Positions 18,897-29,360 of a stretch of DNA of 64,000 nucleotides are shown in pieces; position 1 is the stretch's first letter, and every line of letters starts with the position of its first letter. Location: the NCBI GenBank assembly GCA_036726225.1, contig DAIMCS010000005.1:3808-67807 (forward strand), in the 5' to 3' direction. The notes beneath the pieces were generated by a model. The model saw nothing but the letters and a program-made list of their open reading frames with translations, ran no database searches and was not told the origin of the DNA. The translations under genes and the position numbers were made by a program. The DNA is from Patescibacteria group bacterium. GTDB lineage: Bacteria > Patescibacteriota > Doudnabacteria > UBA920.

Positions 18897-20429
18897 ATGG
18901 CGACTTTAAATTGGATAGGAAAAGAAGCAGTAGTGAATCACGATAAAGAAGTGCCTTTTAAACTGCTCCAAAAAGTGCCGAGTGCTTCGGTGGGTAAGGA
19001 ATCAAAAAACCTTATCATTCACGGAGATAATCTTGAAGCTCTAAAGGCACTTATACCTTTTTATAAAAGTAAGGTGAAGTGCATTTATATTGATCCACCT
19101 TACAACACAGGCAACGAGGGTTGGGTATATAACGACAAAGTTAATTCTCCCAAAATCCAAGAATGGATTAAGAAGGTTGTTGGACGAGAGGGAGAAGATT
19201 TGACCCGCCACGATAAATGGATATGTATGATGTATCCAAGAATGAAGTTGCTACGCGACTTACTTGCAAACGATGGTGTAATTTTCGTAAGTATTGATGA
19301 CAACGAACAGCACTATCTAAGAATGGTTATGGACGAGATTTTTGGCGAAAAAAACTTTGTTGCTGACTTCATTTGGAATCACAGGAAATCAGGTCAAAAT
19401 GATATTGATGTATCTTTGTCTCATAATTATACGCTCTGTTATGCAAAAAAAAGAGCTGGACTCTTTTTGAATCGTCTCGCTATTGATGAAGGAAAGTTTT
19501 CTAATCCAGATAGCGATCCACGGGGCGATTGGGTTGCCGACCCTATGGACGCCCCCGCAATCCGAGAAAATTTAATGTATCCAATCATTAACCCAAATAC
19601 GAAACAAACATTTTTACCCCCTGTTGGGAGACATTGGCGATTTACTAAGGAAAAATACGAACAAGCGTTGAAGGATAATAGAATTGTTTTCGGGAAAACT
19701 GGCAAGTCCAAACCACAATTCAAACGCTTTAAAAGCGAAGCAGAGGAAAAAGGCATAAATGTTTTTACTATTTGGGACGATGTAGGAACTGCAACAGAAG
19801 GAACAAAAGAAATAATGGAGCTTTTTGGTGGAAAAAAAATCTTTGATACTCCTAAGCCAACTTCGTTTATTAAGAAAATTATTAAAATTGCTACGAAAGA
19901 TAATTCAATCGTATTGGATTCTTTTGCTGGTTCTGGGACAACTGGACACGCCGTTTTGGATTTAAATAAAGAAGATGGAATCAAACGCAGTTTTATTTTA
20001 GTAGAAATGGAAAATGATGTTGCTAAGAAAATTACCGCCGAGCGTATAAAGAGGGCTATCAAAAAGTATAAATATGATGACGGCTTTGAATATTGCGAAC
20101 TAGCCAAACCGCTTTTCAATGAGAAAGGGCAAATCAATGAGCAATGCACATATGGAGAACTTGCTACTTATATTTATTTTACCGAGACGCGAACAAATGC
20201 GGAAAAGAAGACTATCAAGTCGCCATTCATAGGAGAAAGTGGAGGCGTTTCTTACTACCTTATTTATGAAGGCAGAGATAAGAACGATCTCACTCGTTCA
20301 GCCCTTACGAAGTTGAAAATAAAGAAGCCAGCCGTAGTTTATGCGGATCGCTGTTTGGTGGACGAAGATGAGTTAAGAGAAAAAGGGATTGTATTCAAAC
20401 AAATCCCATACGAGATAAAAGTTTACTAA
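18897..20429 (+). CDS. Type III restriction-modification methyltransferase (Mod, N6-adenine, beta class)
   Basis: DPPYN motif IV precedes FAGSGTTG motif I (permuted order). The adjacent Res helicase-nuclease supports the call. Confidence 0.8.
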   Translation: MATLNWIGKEAVVNHDKEVPFKLLQKVPSASVGKESKNLIIHGDNLEALKALIPFYKSKVKCIYIDPPYNTGNEGWVYNDKVNSPKIQEWIKKVVGREGEDLTRHDKWICMMYPRMKLLRDLLANDGVIFVSIDDNEQHYLRMVMDEIFGEKNFVADFIWNHRKSGQNDIDVSLSHNYTLCYAKKRAGLFLNRLAIDEGKFSNPDSDPRGDWVADPMDAPAIRENLMYPIINPNTKQTFLPPVGRHWRFTKEKYEQALKDNRIVFGKTGKSKPQFKRFKSEAEEKGINVFTIWDDVGTATEGTKEIMELFGGKKIFDTPKPTSFIKKIIKIATKDNSIVLDSFAGSGTTGHAVLDLNKEDGIKRSFILVEMENDVAKKITAERIKRAIKKYKYDDGFEYCELAKPLFNEKGQINEQCTYGELATYIYFTETRTNAEKKTIKSPFIGESGGVSYYLIYEGRDKNDLTRSALTKLKIKKPAVVYADRCLVDEDELREKGIVFKQIPYEIKVY

Positions 20430-20430
20430 T

Positions 20431-22704
20431 ATGAAACTAAAACGCTACCAAGAAAACGCAATAGAAAAACTGGAAGAGTTTTTAGCGTTGCTCAAAAAGC
20501 AAAAGCCAAAACTTGCTTTCTATGAATTGACCGAAGAAAAATATAATGCCGAGTGGTTCGGTGATGTGCCTTTTGTTTGTATACGCATACCGACTGGTGG
20601 CGGAAAAACACTCGTCGGCTGTAAGTCAGTTGAACGGATAATGTCTATCGCATTACAGCACAAAATGGATACGGGTATTGTGATGTGGTTCGTGCCGTCC
20701 GATTCAATAAAGACGCAGACACTAAAAAAGTTTAGAGATTTGAAAGACTACCACTATGAAATGCTCAACGATTCTTTTGATACTAAGTTCAAAGTCTTTT
20801 CTAACGAGGAAGCACTTACCATTACGCCCGAAGATGTAAGAAATAATCTTTGTATTGTAGTCGCCAGTTTAGACGCTTTCCGTAAAGATCAGAAGATACA
20901 AAATAAATACAAGGTTTACAAAGAGAACGGGTCATTGATGGATCATTTCCAAAACCTTAAAGATGATTCGGCTCTTGAAAAAGATAAAGCGGGAACAGTC
21001 GTAAGTTCGTTAGCGAATGTCGTTCGTAAAAATAACCCACTCATTGTGATAGACGAAGGTCACCATACGCAAACAGAGCTATCAGTAGATATGCTTAAAG
21101 GACTTAGACCCTCTTTCATTATTGAGTTCACGGCTACGCCAAGAGACGGGAGCAATGTGCTTGTTCATACAAGTGCTTCGGAATTGAAAATTGAGGAGAT
21201 GGTAAAGATTCCTATTGTGCTTGAAAGTCGGACACAATGGGAACAGGTAGTCGCTGACGGAATAGCAAAGCGTGAGGAGCTTGAAAAACGAGCTAAGAAA
21301 CTTAAAGGCGAGTACATCCGCCCAATAGTTTTGCTTCAAGCCCAACCGAAAAGCAAAGTTAAAGCGACAATAACGATAGAGCAACTCAAACAGATGTTGC
21401 TTGATAAAAAAATTCCTGAAGAACAAATAAAAATAAAGACTTCGGAAGCTGATGAATTAGAAGGAATTGATTTGTTCTCTAAGAAATGTGAGGTGCGATA
21501 TATTCTCACAGTAAACGCACTTGCAGAAGGTTGGGACTGCTCCTTCGCTTATGTGCTTATTTCTGTTGCGAACTTAGGAGCAAGAATAGCAGTAGAGCAG
21601 ATTATCGGACGTGTTATCAGAATGCCTAACGCTCGCCGCAAAGAAGACGAAGCAATGAATCGCAGTTATGTATTTGCTTCTTCAGTAGATTTTAACGAGG
21701 CGGCGGACAAGGTTATCAAGGGACTTGTGGATAACGGATACAGCAAGAACGACCTTATTAGTGTTGCTGACGAGAAAGACTACTCCGATCCGTTAGAAGC
21801 GAAGAAGGCAATCAAAAAAGATTTGAAAGTGCCGATGATGACGCTCGGCAAAGACAAACTTTCCTTTGAAGACCTCTTGGGTGAGGACTTCAAATTAGCA
21901 AAACAGGACGCAGACTTTGATTTTAAAATCCATTATGACTTTGACGGGCAAGCAACGATAGATATTACGGAAGATGATGAGTGGCTACAAGGCAAACAGT
22001 TGAGCTTGCCGTATCAGTATCTTGAAGGCAATCACTCCGTTGAGGAATTAGCGTCTTGGCTTGATAAGAAGCTCCGCTTCCCAATGCTCAACCCCGACGA
22101 CAAAGCCGTCTTTATTGAAAGGGCTGTTCAAACGCAGATAAAGAAAAAGCGTAAACTCGCTGAATTATCGGTGAATAGATATTTACTCGCCGATCGCCTA
22201 AGTGTGGTGATAAATGAAATTCTTGAATTGTATACGAAAAAGATTTTTAACGGCTTGATGGCAAAAAAGAGCATTACTCTTGGTCTATTTGATTCGTATC
22301 CGACAACGATCACTCTCAAGTCGCCTGTGCCGAGGGTGTTTAATAAAAACCTATACGAGAGAATAGATGGTATCAACGGCGAGGAACGCGCGTTTGTAGA
22401 GCGTATTGACTTGGGGGCTTTGGATAATATTGAATACTGGGTGAGAAACCGAGAAAAAGTAGACCCGTTCTACATTCAAGGTTGGCGTAAAGGAAAGTTT
22501 TATCCCGACTTTGTGGCTATAACCAAGAAAGGCAACATCGTTGCCCTTGAATGGAAGGGAGAAGATCGCGTAAGCAACGAGGATACCGCCTACAAAGTAG
22601 AAATAGGAAATATTTGGGAAAAACTTGGTCGTGGTAAAACCTATTTCTTTCTCGTTCATAATGGGAATACCGAAGAAGTTTTAGGTAAACTGCGAAACCT
22701 ATAA
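20431..22704 (+). CDS. Type III restriction enzyme Res subunit (SF2 helicase + PD-(D/E)xK nuclease)
   Basis: Walker A PTGGGKT. DEGH box VIDEGHH. C-terminal YPDF...EWK nuclease motif. Start codon overlaps the mod stop. Confidence 0.8.
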   Translation: MKLKRYQENAIEKLEEFLALLKKQKPKLAFYELTEEKYNAEWFGDVPFVCIRIPTGGGKTLVGCKSVERIMSIALQHKMDTGIVMWFVPSDSIKTQTLKKFRDLKDYHYEMLNDSFDTKFKVFSNEEALTITPEDVRNNLCIVVASLDAFRKDQKIQNKYKVYKENGSLMDHFQNLKDDSALEKDKAGTVVSSLANVVRKNNPLIVIDEGHHTQTELSVDMLKGLRPSFIIEFTATPRDGSNVLVHTSASELKIEEMVKIPIVLESRTQWEQVVADGIAKREELEKRAKKLKGEYIRPIVLLQAQPKSKVKATITIEQLKQMLLDKKIPEEQIKIKTSEADELEGIDLFSKKCEVRYILTVNALAEGWDCSFAYVLISVANLGARIAVEQIIGRVIRMPNARRKEDEAMNRSYVFASSVDFNEAADKVIKGLVDNGYSKNDLISVADEKDYSDPLEAKKAIKKDLKVPMMTLGKDKLSFEDLLGEDFKLAKQDADFDFKIHYDFDGQATIDITEDDEWLQGKQLSLPYQYLEGNHSVEELASWLDKKLRFPMLNPDDKAVFIERAVQTQIKKKRKLAELSVNRYLLADRLSVVINEILELYTKKIFNGLMAKKSITLGLFDSYPTTITLKSPVPRVFNKNLYERIDGINGEERAFVERIDLGALDNIEYWVRNREKVDPFYIQGWRKGKFYPDFVAITKKGNIVALEWKGEDRVSNEDTAYKVEIGNIWEKLGRGKTYFFLVHNGNTEEVLGKLRNL

Positions 22705-22710
22705 AAAGAT

Positions 22711-24558
22711 ATGAGACTACTCAATTTTAGAATTAAAAATTATAAGTCCATCACCGATTCAAAAGATGTATTCCTCTCCGAGTTGGATAACATTACTATC
22801 CTCGCGGGACAAAATGAATCTGGTAAAAGTTCTATTTTACGGGCTTTGAATGATTTTGAAAGCGGAGAATTTGAAAAAGATTCAGTTCCTTTTTCACTTG
22901 AAAACGAAACTCAACAATCCGTGAGTTGCACTTACCGGATTGAGGATCAAGACAACCTAATTGAGCTTTTGACCGATTCAGTCATTGAAGATTTTTCTCT
23001 TAAATTACAGGAGGGTGAACAGATTTTGGATAAAGAGAAAATTGCGAGAATAAAAAACTTTACCCTAAGCCGCATAAGTGAAAAAGACGCTGTTCGTCTT
23101 GAGTTAGATGACGCAACTTTCAATATTTTTAAATCCGCCGTTCTTGAAAAACCGGCAATACCAAATCCAACTGCCGAGCAAGAACAGGGTGATGTTGTGA
23201 AAGAAAAGTATATCGCTGTTTCTGAAGATATGAATAGTAAAGTTGCCGAAATATTTTGGGCAAATTGCCCAAAGGTTGTTTACTTTGATGATTTTTGTGA
23301 CTTACTACCGGACAAGATTTTTATTTCAGCTCTAAAAAATAAGCAAAAAGATACACAGGGATATAAAGCCGTGAGGAACTTAGAGAATATTCTCAAAACG
23401 GATTTTGTATCAAAGGACGGAGAAGTTGATTCCCGACGAAGAACCAAAGAGACGCGAGAAAACGATACTCTTTCAATTGATTTCCAAAATGATTGGGGTC
23501 AAAGGATACACGGAGAGAACAAGGTTATCGTCAAGTATAATTTTGAGAAGCGTGTCGGTGATAATGAAAATGGTTCTTATGTTAATTTCTTTGTAGAAAC
23601 GAAGGAGGGGCAACCTCTACCACCTAAGCAAAGGAGTAAAGGATTGATTTGGTTTCTATCTCTTTGGCTTGAACTCAAAGCACAAAATGCTTCCGGTAAT
23701 GATTTAATTCTTCTATTAGATGAGCCAGATCAACATTTACATGTTAAAGCTCAAAAAGATATTTTAAAACTTATAAATAAACTTGCGACAACTACCGAAG
23801 TTGAAGAATCAGAAGCAGAGCGACGCGGCGATCAAATAATCTACGCTACTCATTCGCCCTACCTCATTGAGATAGAGCGTTTAAATCGCGTAAAGTTGAT
23901 AATCAATTCAGAAAAGCAAGGAACTCAAGTTGAAGATATTGCGACAAGCAAGATAAATACCGAGTTCAAAAAAGACGCCCTACAACCTATTGTGGACGCA
24001 ATAGGGTTAAGTGTTAATGAGTTTTCTTCGTTAGACAAAAACAATATTATTCTTGAGGGGATTTCGGATTTTTATTATTTCTCTGCTTTTAAGAAGCTCT
24101 TACAACGCACCGAAGAGTATAAGTTTATTCCGGGAATCGGCGTTAGGCAGATAAATAATCTAATATCTCTTGCTATCGGCTACGATCTCAACTGGTTGGT
24201 TATCATTGATGATGATCCAACTATTGGCGGGAAAGATTCAAAGAAGAAATATGACGAGATAAAAGACCATGTTTTTGATGGTGATTCAGCAAAAACGGAC
24301 AAGAAGGTAAATATTTTGAGCGGAATCGTTGGAGTAGAAAACATGTTTACGATTGACGACTTAAAATTAGTTGATTCAAAGGTTAATACTAATACCGATA
24401 TGGTTAAGGTTGTGGGGAAAAGGAGAAAAGTCTTGTTTGCTCAAATGTTTTATGAAAAAGTCTTGAGTGGAGAGATTACAAAGGATAAGCTATCACAATC
24501 TTCCATCAATAACTTTACCCAAGCCTTTGATTTTATTGACAGAGGTATGACCATCTAA
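22711..24558 (+). CDS. OLD-family ABC-ATPase/Toprim nuclease (class 1 OLD or fused PARIS-like AriAB)
   Basis: GQNESGKSS Walker A. LLLDEPDQHLH Walker B/D-loop. C-terminal Toprim with EGISD and IIDDD motifs. No adjacent helicase. Confidence 0.7.
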   Translation: MRLLNFRIKNYKSITDSKDVFLSELDNITILAGQNESGKSSILRALNDFESGEFEKDSVPFSLENETQQSVSCTYRIEDQDNLIELLTDSVIEDFSLKLQEGEQILDKEKIARIKNFTLSRISEKDAVRLELDDATFNIFKSAVLEKPAIPNPTAEQEQGDVVKEKYIAVSEDMNSKVAEIFWANCPKVVYFDDFCDLLPDKIFISALKNKQKDTQGYKAVRNLENILKTDFVSKDGEVDSRRRTKETRENDTLSIDFQNDWGQRIHGENKVIVKYNFEKRVGDNENGSYVNFFVETKEGQPLPPKQRSKGLIWFLSLWLELKAQNASGNDLILLLDEPDQHLHVKAQKDILKLINKLATTTEVEESEAERRGDQIIYATHSPYLIEIERLNRVKLIINSEKQGTQVEDIATSKINTEFKKDALQPIVDAIGLSVNEFSSLDKNNIILEGISDFYYFSAFKKLLQRTEEYKFIPGIGVRQINNLISLAIGYDLNWLVIIDDDPTIGGKDSKKKYDEIKDHVFDGDSAKTDKKVNILSGIVGVENMFTIDDLKLVDSKVNTNTDMVKVVGKRRKVLFAQMFYEKVLSGEITKDKLSQSSINNFTQAFDFIDRGMTI

Positions 24559-24563
24559 GGGAG

Positions 24564-24597
24564 TTTGCCGATCTTCCAAGACGGCAAAAGTTTTTAA
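24564..24597 (+). terminator. Putative terminator of the XRE-mod-res-OLD operon
   Basis: ttgccg...cggcaa hairpin followed by aagttttta. Confidence 0.35.
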
Positions 24598-24640
24598 CAC
24601 GCGCACGGGTAGGGTGGGGCAAGTGTTATGTCTTGCGTGA

Positions 24641-24805
24641 CGACCTCCCCTCCAAAAAATCCTCCCTCCAAAAATCTTCGGCTTTGTATTCTTGAATCTG
24701 TATTTTGCGAAATAAAAAAGTTGAAGAATCCCCCGTAAAACAATGGGCGACGCTCTGCGTCGCACGAAAAAATTTCTCTAAAACTAACCTAAGTTTTGTC
24801 TTGGC
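24641..24805. repeat. IR-A' (internal inverted copy of the left end)
   Basis: Reverse complement of 17162-17317. Shares the 5-bp GCCAA core with IR-B. Confidence 0.8.
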
Positions 24806-25091
24806 TCGTCTTTATAGTACCGCTCGAACGATTTTCATGGAAGATTTGGGCTAGTTTACCTAGTCACGCGGGTAGTCACTCGCTCCTTGCCCGAATGACT
24901 AGGGAGTATTGCTGAAAGCCCTAGTGAACACGGGGTCTTTCATCAATACCATCTCACAAAAAAGCAGTCCTACTTCACTCCGCTCCTCCTAGCGTCCGTC
25001 GCTCCGTGAAAATGTCACGGGTTCGTGTCTGGTGGCTCGGCCTTTGCTTCCGTCCTGCTAATTCTTTTTGCTCGTTGGTGGGGGGGGGTAA
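24801..25091. repeat. IR-B (internal inverted copy of the right end, 291 bp)
   Basis: Perfect reverse-complement match to 31010-31299, except G9 versus C8 in the homopolymer tract. Confidence 0.85.
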
Positions 25092-25146
25092 ATCGTGATT
25101 GAAAAATAAAATAAAAAATCGTTCAAGGCCGCTAGGCCGAGCGAAT

Positions 25147-26478
25147 TTATTTTTCAAACCAATTTTTTAGTTTTTCTTCTACAATATCGCGTGGAGTAGC
25201 GTAGCGTTCCCGCGATATTTTTAAAATAGTTTCTCGGTCTGCTTCGTATCCCGATGTTTTGAGCGGGGGCATAGTGATCGCCGAGAAAGCGTGAGACATT
25301 TTTCCGTCTATAAGAAGACGGAGAGCAATATGGTGGTTATCTAAATGCTCCAAGTCTTCGCTCGTAAATACTGGCTTCATTTCTTCCGCTAATTCCTTAG
25401 CGTCGTAATTCCCAACGCGGAAAGAAAGTATACTGCCTACATTGCCAAAAACAGCGTGTTTTATGGCCTCCGGTAGCTGATAGAGGTATTGGTGGGCTAT
25501 GTTTAAATTAAGGCGGTATTTACGAGCTTCGGAGAGGATAGACGGGAAAATGTCGGTGGAGAAGTTTTGAAACTCATCTATGTAGAGGTAAAAGTCTTTG
25601 CGTTGTTCTTCGGGTAGATTCTGACGTTCCAAAGCGGAGAGATACATTTTAGTAATAATGGCCGACCCTAAAAGGTTGGATTTATCCTCGCCGACTTTCC
25701 CTTTGGATAAATTGGCCAAGAGGATTCTTTTGTTGTCCATAACAAAACCGAAGTCCACCGAGCTTTTGGGTTGGCCGACAATATTCCGCATTTGAGGAGA
25801 AGTGAGAAGTTGTCCGACTTTGTTTTGAACTGGCGAGATTATTTCTTTACGAAAACGCTCGTCATAGTTTTCGTAATCATCTACCCAAAACATTTTTACA
25901 ATCGGGTCTTTGATATTCCCGACAATGAGTTTTCTGAACTCATTGTCCACGAGCATACGATACACGCCGAGTAAAGTTTGTCCGGGCGTATCCATCAAAG
26001 CCAAGACGCAGTTGTATAAAATGTGTTCAAGACGCGGACCCCAAAAATCTTTCCACAAGTGCCTGAAAACGGAAATCAGAGACGAGGCGACGAGATGTTT
26101 TTCATCATCACCTTTCGCTTCCAGAATATTGATAGCGACGGGGAAAGATGTGTCCGCAGGATTGAAATAGACAACTTCGTTCGTGCGAGTTTTCGGTATG
26201 TAGTTTAATAAATCTTCAACCAAGTCGCCGTGAGGATCAATCAAAGCAACGCCGTGATTCAAGCGTAAGTCTTGAATCACCATATTTTTAAGGAGCGTTG
26301 ATTTGCCCGTTCCTGTTTTACCGATAATGTAGATATGATTCCGGCGATCTTGCGTCTTTATGCCGAACGCGCGACGCTGTTCCCTGAATGTCGTTTCGCC
26401 GAGAGATTCTATTTCGTCTAAATGATATTCGTCCAAAGGCGTAAAAACTGTTTCCCGAAGTTTTCCTTCCAAAGACAA
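25147..26478 (-). CDS. Soluble TraD/VirD4/TrwB-like P-loop ATPase (type IV coupling-protein-like, FtsK-HerA superfamily), no TM anchor
   Basis: IIGKTGTGKST Walker A. ALIDPHGD. FYLYIDEFQNF Walker B. LNIAHQ. Paralog of 27204-28712. Confidence 0.55.
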   Translation of the reverse strand: MSLEGKLRETVFTPLDEYHLDEIESLGETTFREQRRAFGIKTQDRRNHIYIIGKTGTGKSTLLKNMVIQDLRLNHGVALIDPHGDLVEDLLNYIPKTRTNEVVYFNPADTSFPVAINILEAKGDDEKHLVASSLISVFRHLWKDFWGPRLEHILYNCVLALMDTPGQTLLGVYRMLVDNEFRKLIVGNIKDPIVKMFWVDDYENYDERFRKEIISPVQNKVGQLLTSPQMRNIVGQPKSSVDFGFVMDNKRILLANLSKGKVGEDKSNLLGSAIITKMYLSALERQNLPEEQRKDFYLYIDEFQNFSTDIFPSILSEARKYRLNLNIAHQYLYQLPEAIKHAVFGNVGSILSFRVGNYDAKELAEEMKPVFTSEDLEHLDNHHIALRLLIDGKMSHAFSAITMPPLKTSGYEADRETILKISRERYATPRDIVEEKLKNWFEK

Positions 26479-26703
26479 AGGAGCGATTACTCGCTCCTTG
26501 TCGTGTGCCTATATGTTTTCGTTATGTTCATTCCGTCTTTAACCAATCGGGGAACGATTGCCTAAAGTTCGGGATTAGCTCGTATTCCCCAAGCTGTCCC
26601 GCCCGCAACATCTTTTTAGCAAGAGAAGCGAGGGTAATGAAACTTAATGAAGTTTATACAACAAATGCCGTAAATAAGTCAAGGTAATGGTAAAATAACA
26701 CAA

Positions 26704-27207
26704 ATGGATTATAAAATTGATGTTGAAAATTTCACTCTACCAAACGGACAGACAGTTGAGGTTTCCAAACGCATTTATTCTTTCCAAAAGTGGAGAGGAG
26801 ATGAAATAAAAAACGACTACGGCGGTAAGGCGGTATTAGACAATGAAGGTAGTCCGCTTTTCGCTGAACTTGTAATACTACGGCTTTTGGAAAAAGAAGG
26901 TTGGTCTGGTATTTGGGTTGATACTTACGGCAAAAAGTTTAGGATGGGTTTACCAGAGAAATCTGATCCTATTTCGTTGCCTCCCGAGAAGCAAAGTTTA
27001 TTAGATAATATTTCAAAACAGGCGGGCGGATTTAAGGGTTGCTGGGATGTTTTTGCTTGGAAGGACAACGAATATCTTTTTGCCGAATCTAAGCGTATCG
27101 GCAAAGATTCAATACGCGATACTCAAATCAATTGGCTCTTTACCGCTCTCCAAGTGGGTATTCCTATCAAATCGTTTTTGCTCGTAGAGTGGAATATACA
27201 GAATTAA
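26704..27207 (+). CDS. Hypothetical small protein with a possible PD-(D/E)xK nuclease motif
   Basis: CWDVFAW...FAESKR fits D-x(n)-E-x-K. Sits between the two paralogous ATPase genes on the opposite strand. Confidence 0.3.
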   Translation: MDYKIDVENFTLPNGQTVEVSKRIYSFQKWRGDEIKNDYGGKAVLDNEGSPLFAELVILRLLEKEGWSGIWVDTYGKKFRMGLPEKSDPISLPPEKQSLLDNISKQAGGFKGCWDVFAWKDNEYLFAESKRIGKDSIRDTQINWLFTALQVGIPIKSFLLVEWNIQN

Positions 27208-28712
27208 AGTTTTCTTTTCGGCTCTCTAAAACTCTTTGGTTCGTCTAATTTCATTAACTCCTCTCGTCGTGCTTGATATTCTTCCTCAATTTCTTTGCGT
27301 TCCCGCAGATAGTTTTTTCCTATCTCACTTGAAGCTACCGCCGCAACGAATTCTTTTTCGTCCATTTCTGCAAATTCGTGAGGCGGAGGGAGATCGAGCG
27401 TTCGGACGGCGATAACTCCACCATCATTTTTATTTTTAATAACACATGACCGCCGTGGGAGTTCCTGAAGCCCTTGTATGTATGCTTCCCATCCCGGCGG
27501 GTCGTTGTAAATTGAGGCGAGAGATTCTTTAGCTAAAATATTAGAATCGTCCCGTGAGATTCTAAAATACGCTTGAAGTTCGCAGTTGGTAAGAATAGAG
27601 GCTCTCAAAGTTGTGGGAAGTTGAGCGAGATTTTGATGTGCCAGCAAAAGAGCGAGCTGATACTTGCGGGCTTCTGCGAGCATATCTTTAAAACTATCCG
27701 TTGCAAAGTTTTGAAACTCGTCTATGTAGAGATAAAACTTTCGGCGTTGAGGCTCTGGTGTATCTGTTCGGGAGAACGCCGCCGCCTGTATTTTCGCAAT
27801 AAGTAATGAGCCTAAAAGATCAGCACTCCCTTTTAGTCTGCCTTTATCCAGTTTAACGAGCAAGATTTTACCATCGTCCATAATTTCACGCAGATTGAAA
27901 GAACTTTTAGGCGAGGAAAGCATTTGTCCAACCTTGCCGTTAAACAAAAAGGCGTTCACTTTATTCAGAGTGGATTCTGCCCACTCGTCCTGTGTCCTGC
28001 GGGGTAAGCTATTAAATCTCTGAAAATATTCTCGGCAAACGCCGTGTTCAACTTTCTCTAAAATCTTGTTGCGTACTTCAAGGTCGGTAAGAAATAGAGG
28101 CAGTTCCGCAAGCGTAAGGTTATTTTGAATAAGAGCGACTAAAGTATTTTTTAGCAAAGCCTCCATTCTTGCACCCCAAGCGTCAATCCAAATTTTCTCA
28201 AATGCCCCTGTGAGTTCCAAGGCAATAGAATCAGCGTCTTCTCCCTTAGTGATTTCTAGCGGATTGAAAGTCACAATCCGTTCCGTGTTAGTTAGGTCAA
28301 CAAGAACGACACGCTCTTGGAGAAATTCGGGGTTATCTTTATTGAGAGCATACAAATATCCTTTTATGTCTTCCGTTAGGTCGCCGTGAGGATCAATAAC
28401 GCCAAACCCTAAACCATTTTCTATATCCTGCTTTACGAGCGATTCCAAAAATTTAGTTTTGCCGCTTCCCGAAGCACCAATAACATAAAAGTGAGTAGCT
28501 CGTGCCTCTTGCGACACGCCTTTCAGTTGGTATACCTCTTTGCCCTCGTCTATATTCTCAAACGAGGCGATACCCAAAGCCAACTCGTTAGGTGCGGGTT
28601 TTCTCATACGCACCTCTGGCACGAGTTCACGCTCGGAAAAGAGCGGGGCTTTGGGCTTTTTCGTGGTAAGCCAACGCCACAAAATTTTGAGGCGATCTTT
28701 TAACATATACAA
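27204..28712 (-). CDS. Soluble TraD/VirD4-like P-loop ATPase, paralog 2, with a charged C-terminal tail
   Basis: IGASGSGKTKF Walker A. VIDPHGD. FYLYIDEFQNF. LLAHQ. Collinear with 25147-26478. Confidence 0.55.
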   Translation of the reverse strand: MYMLKDRLKILWRWLTTKKPKAPLFSERELVPEVRMRKPAPNELALGIASFENIDEGKEVYQLKGVSQEARATHFYVIGASGSGKTKFLESLVKQDIENGLGFGVIDPHGDLTEDIKGYLYALNKDNPEFLQERVVLVDLTNTERIVTFNPLEITKGEDADSIALELTGAFEKIWIDAWGARMEALLKNTLVALIQNNLTLAELPLFLTDLEVRNKILEKVEHGVCREYFQRFNSLPRRTQDEWAESTLNKVNAFLFNGKVGQMLSSPKSSFNLREIMDDGKILLVKLDKGRLKGSADLLGSLLIAKIQAAAFSRTDTPEPQRRKFYLYIDEFQNFATDSFKDMLAEARKYQLALLLAHQNLAQLPTTLRASILTNCELQAYFRISRDDSNILAKESLASIYNDPPGWEAYIQGLQELPRRSCVIKNKNDGGVIAVRTLDLPPPHEFAEMDEKEFVAAVASSEIGKNYLRERKEIEEEYQARREELMKLDEPKSFREPKRKL

Positions 28713-28720
28713 AAATGGCT

Positions 28721-29239
28721 TTATGAAATGTTCAAAAAGCCGTGCGTGTGGGTATCAACTTTAGTGAAATCAAGATTCAATTCCTTTAGCGATTCGTTCA
28801 CGGCACTTTTCAACGATTCGTGGACGATTGTGACAAAAGCCGACAATTCCTCGGTCTTGAAAATATCAAGCTCCATTATATTACTTCCACCAATCGCTCT
28901 TGCGAGGTGCGGTAGTTCTTTCTCGTCCACGACGAGATACCATGAGACCAGTAATTGCTTGCCATAGTCTCTTGCTCCCGCATAGATAATCCAACCTAAC
29001 ATTGCTTCGTTTTTGATCTCAATCATCTCCCGCATTTGGCTACCGCCACCGCCACGAAATAAGCCCTTTACGGCCGCTCCCAATCCCGTGCTGATATTTT
29101 TCTTTTCTGCCACAATGCCGGGGATACCCGCCGCTTGAACATTGGACATAAAAGCCCGTAAGATTTTCTCGCTCTGCCCATTCGCTCCACCGATTGAAGC
29201 AAACCAACGCTCGGTAATGTTTTGATTTTTTAGGGACAT
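28721..29239 (-). CDS. Hypothetical protein
   Basis: ORF in an operon with the ATPase and the DHFR-like gene. No motif recognised. Confidence 0.35.
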   Translation of the reverse strand: MSLKNQNITERWFASIGGANGQSEKILRAFMSNVQAAGIPGIVAEKKNISTGLGAAVKGLFRGGGGSQMREMIEIKNEAMLGWIIYAGARDYGKQLLVSWYLVVDEKELPHLARAIGGSNIMELDIFKTEELSAFVTIVHESLKSAVNESLKELNLDFTKVDTHTHGFLNIS

Positions 29240-29360
29240 ATAAGATTTTGTTAAACAACTGCTTAATTAAGGCCGAACGACTAGACGGCCAAGAAACATT
29301 ATCTACATTTTAGCACTATTTTAAGTTTTTCTTTGGCGGCAAATTCTTTGCTCTTCAAAC

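Noticed and set aside
24493-25157. Track ORFs 24493-24765, 24975-25157, 31246-31437 and 30815-31042 within the inverted repeats
   Set aside because: They lie inside IR-A'/IR-B/IR-B' non-coding repeat DNA, or are the excised-state C-terminal tail of the recombinase. They do not look like independent genes.
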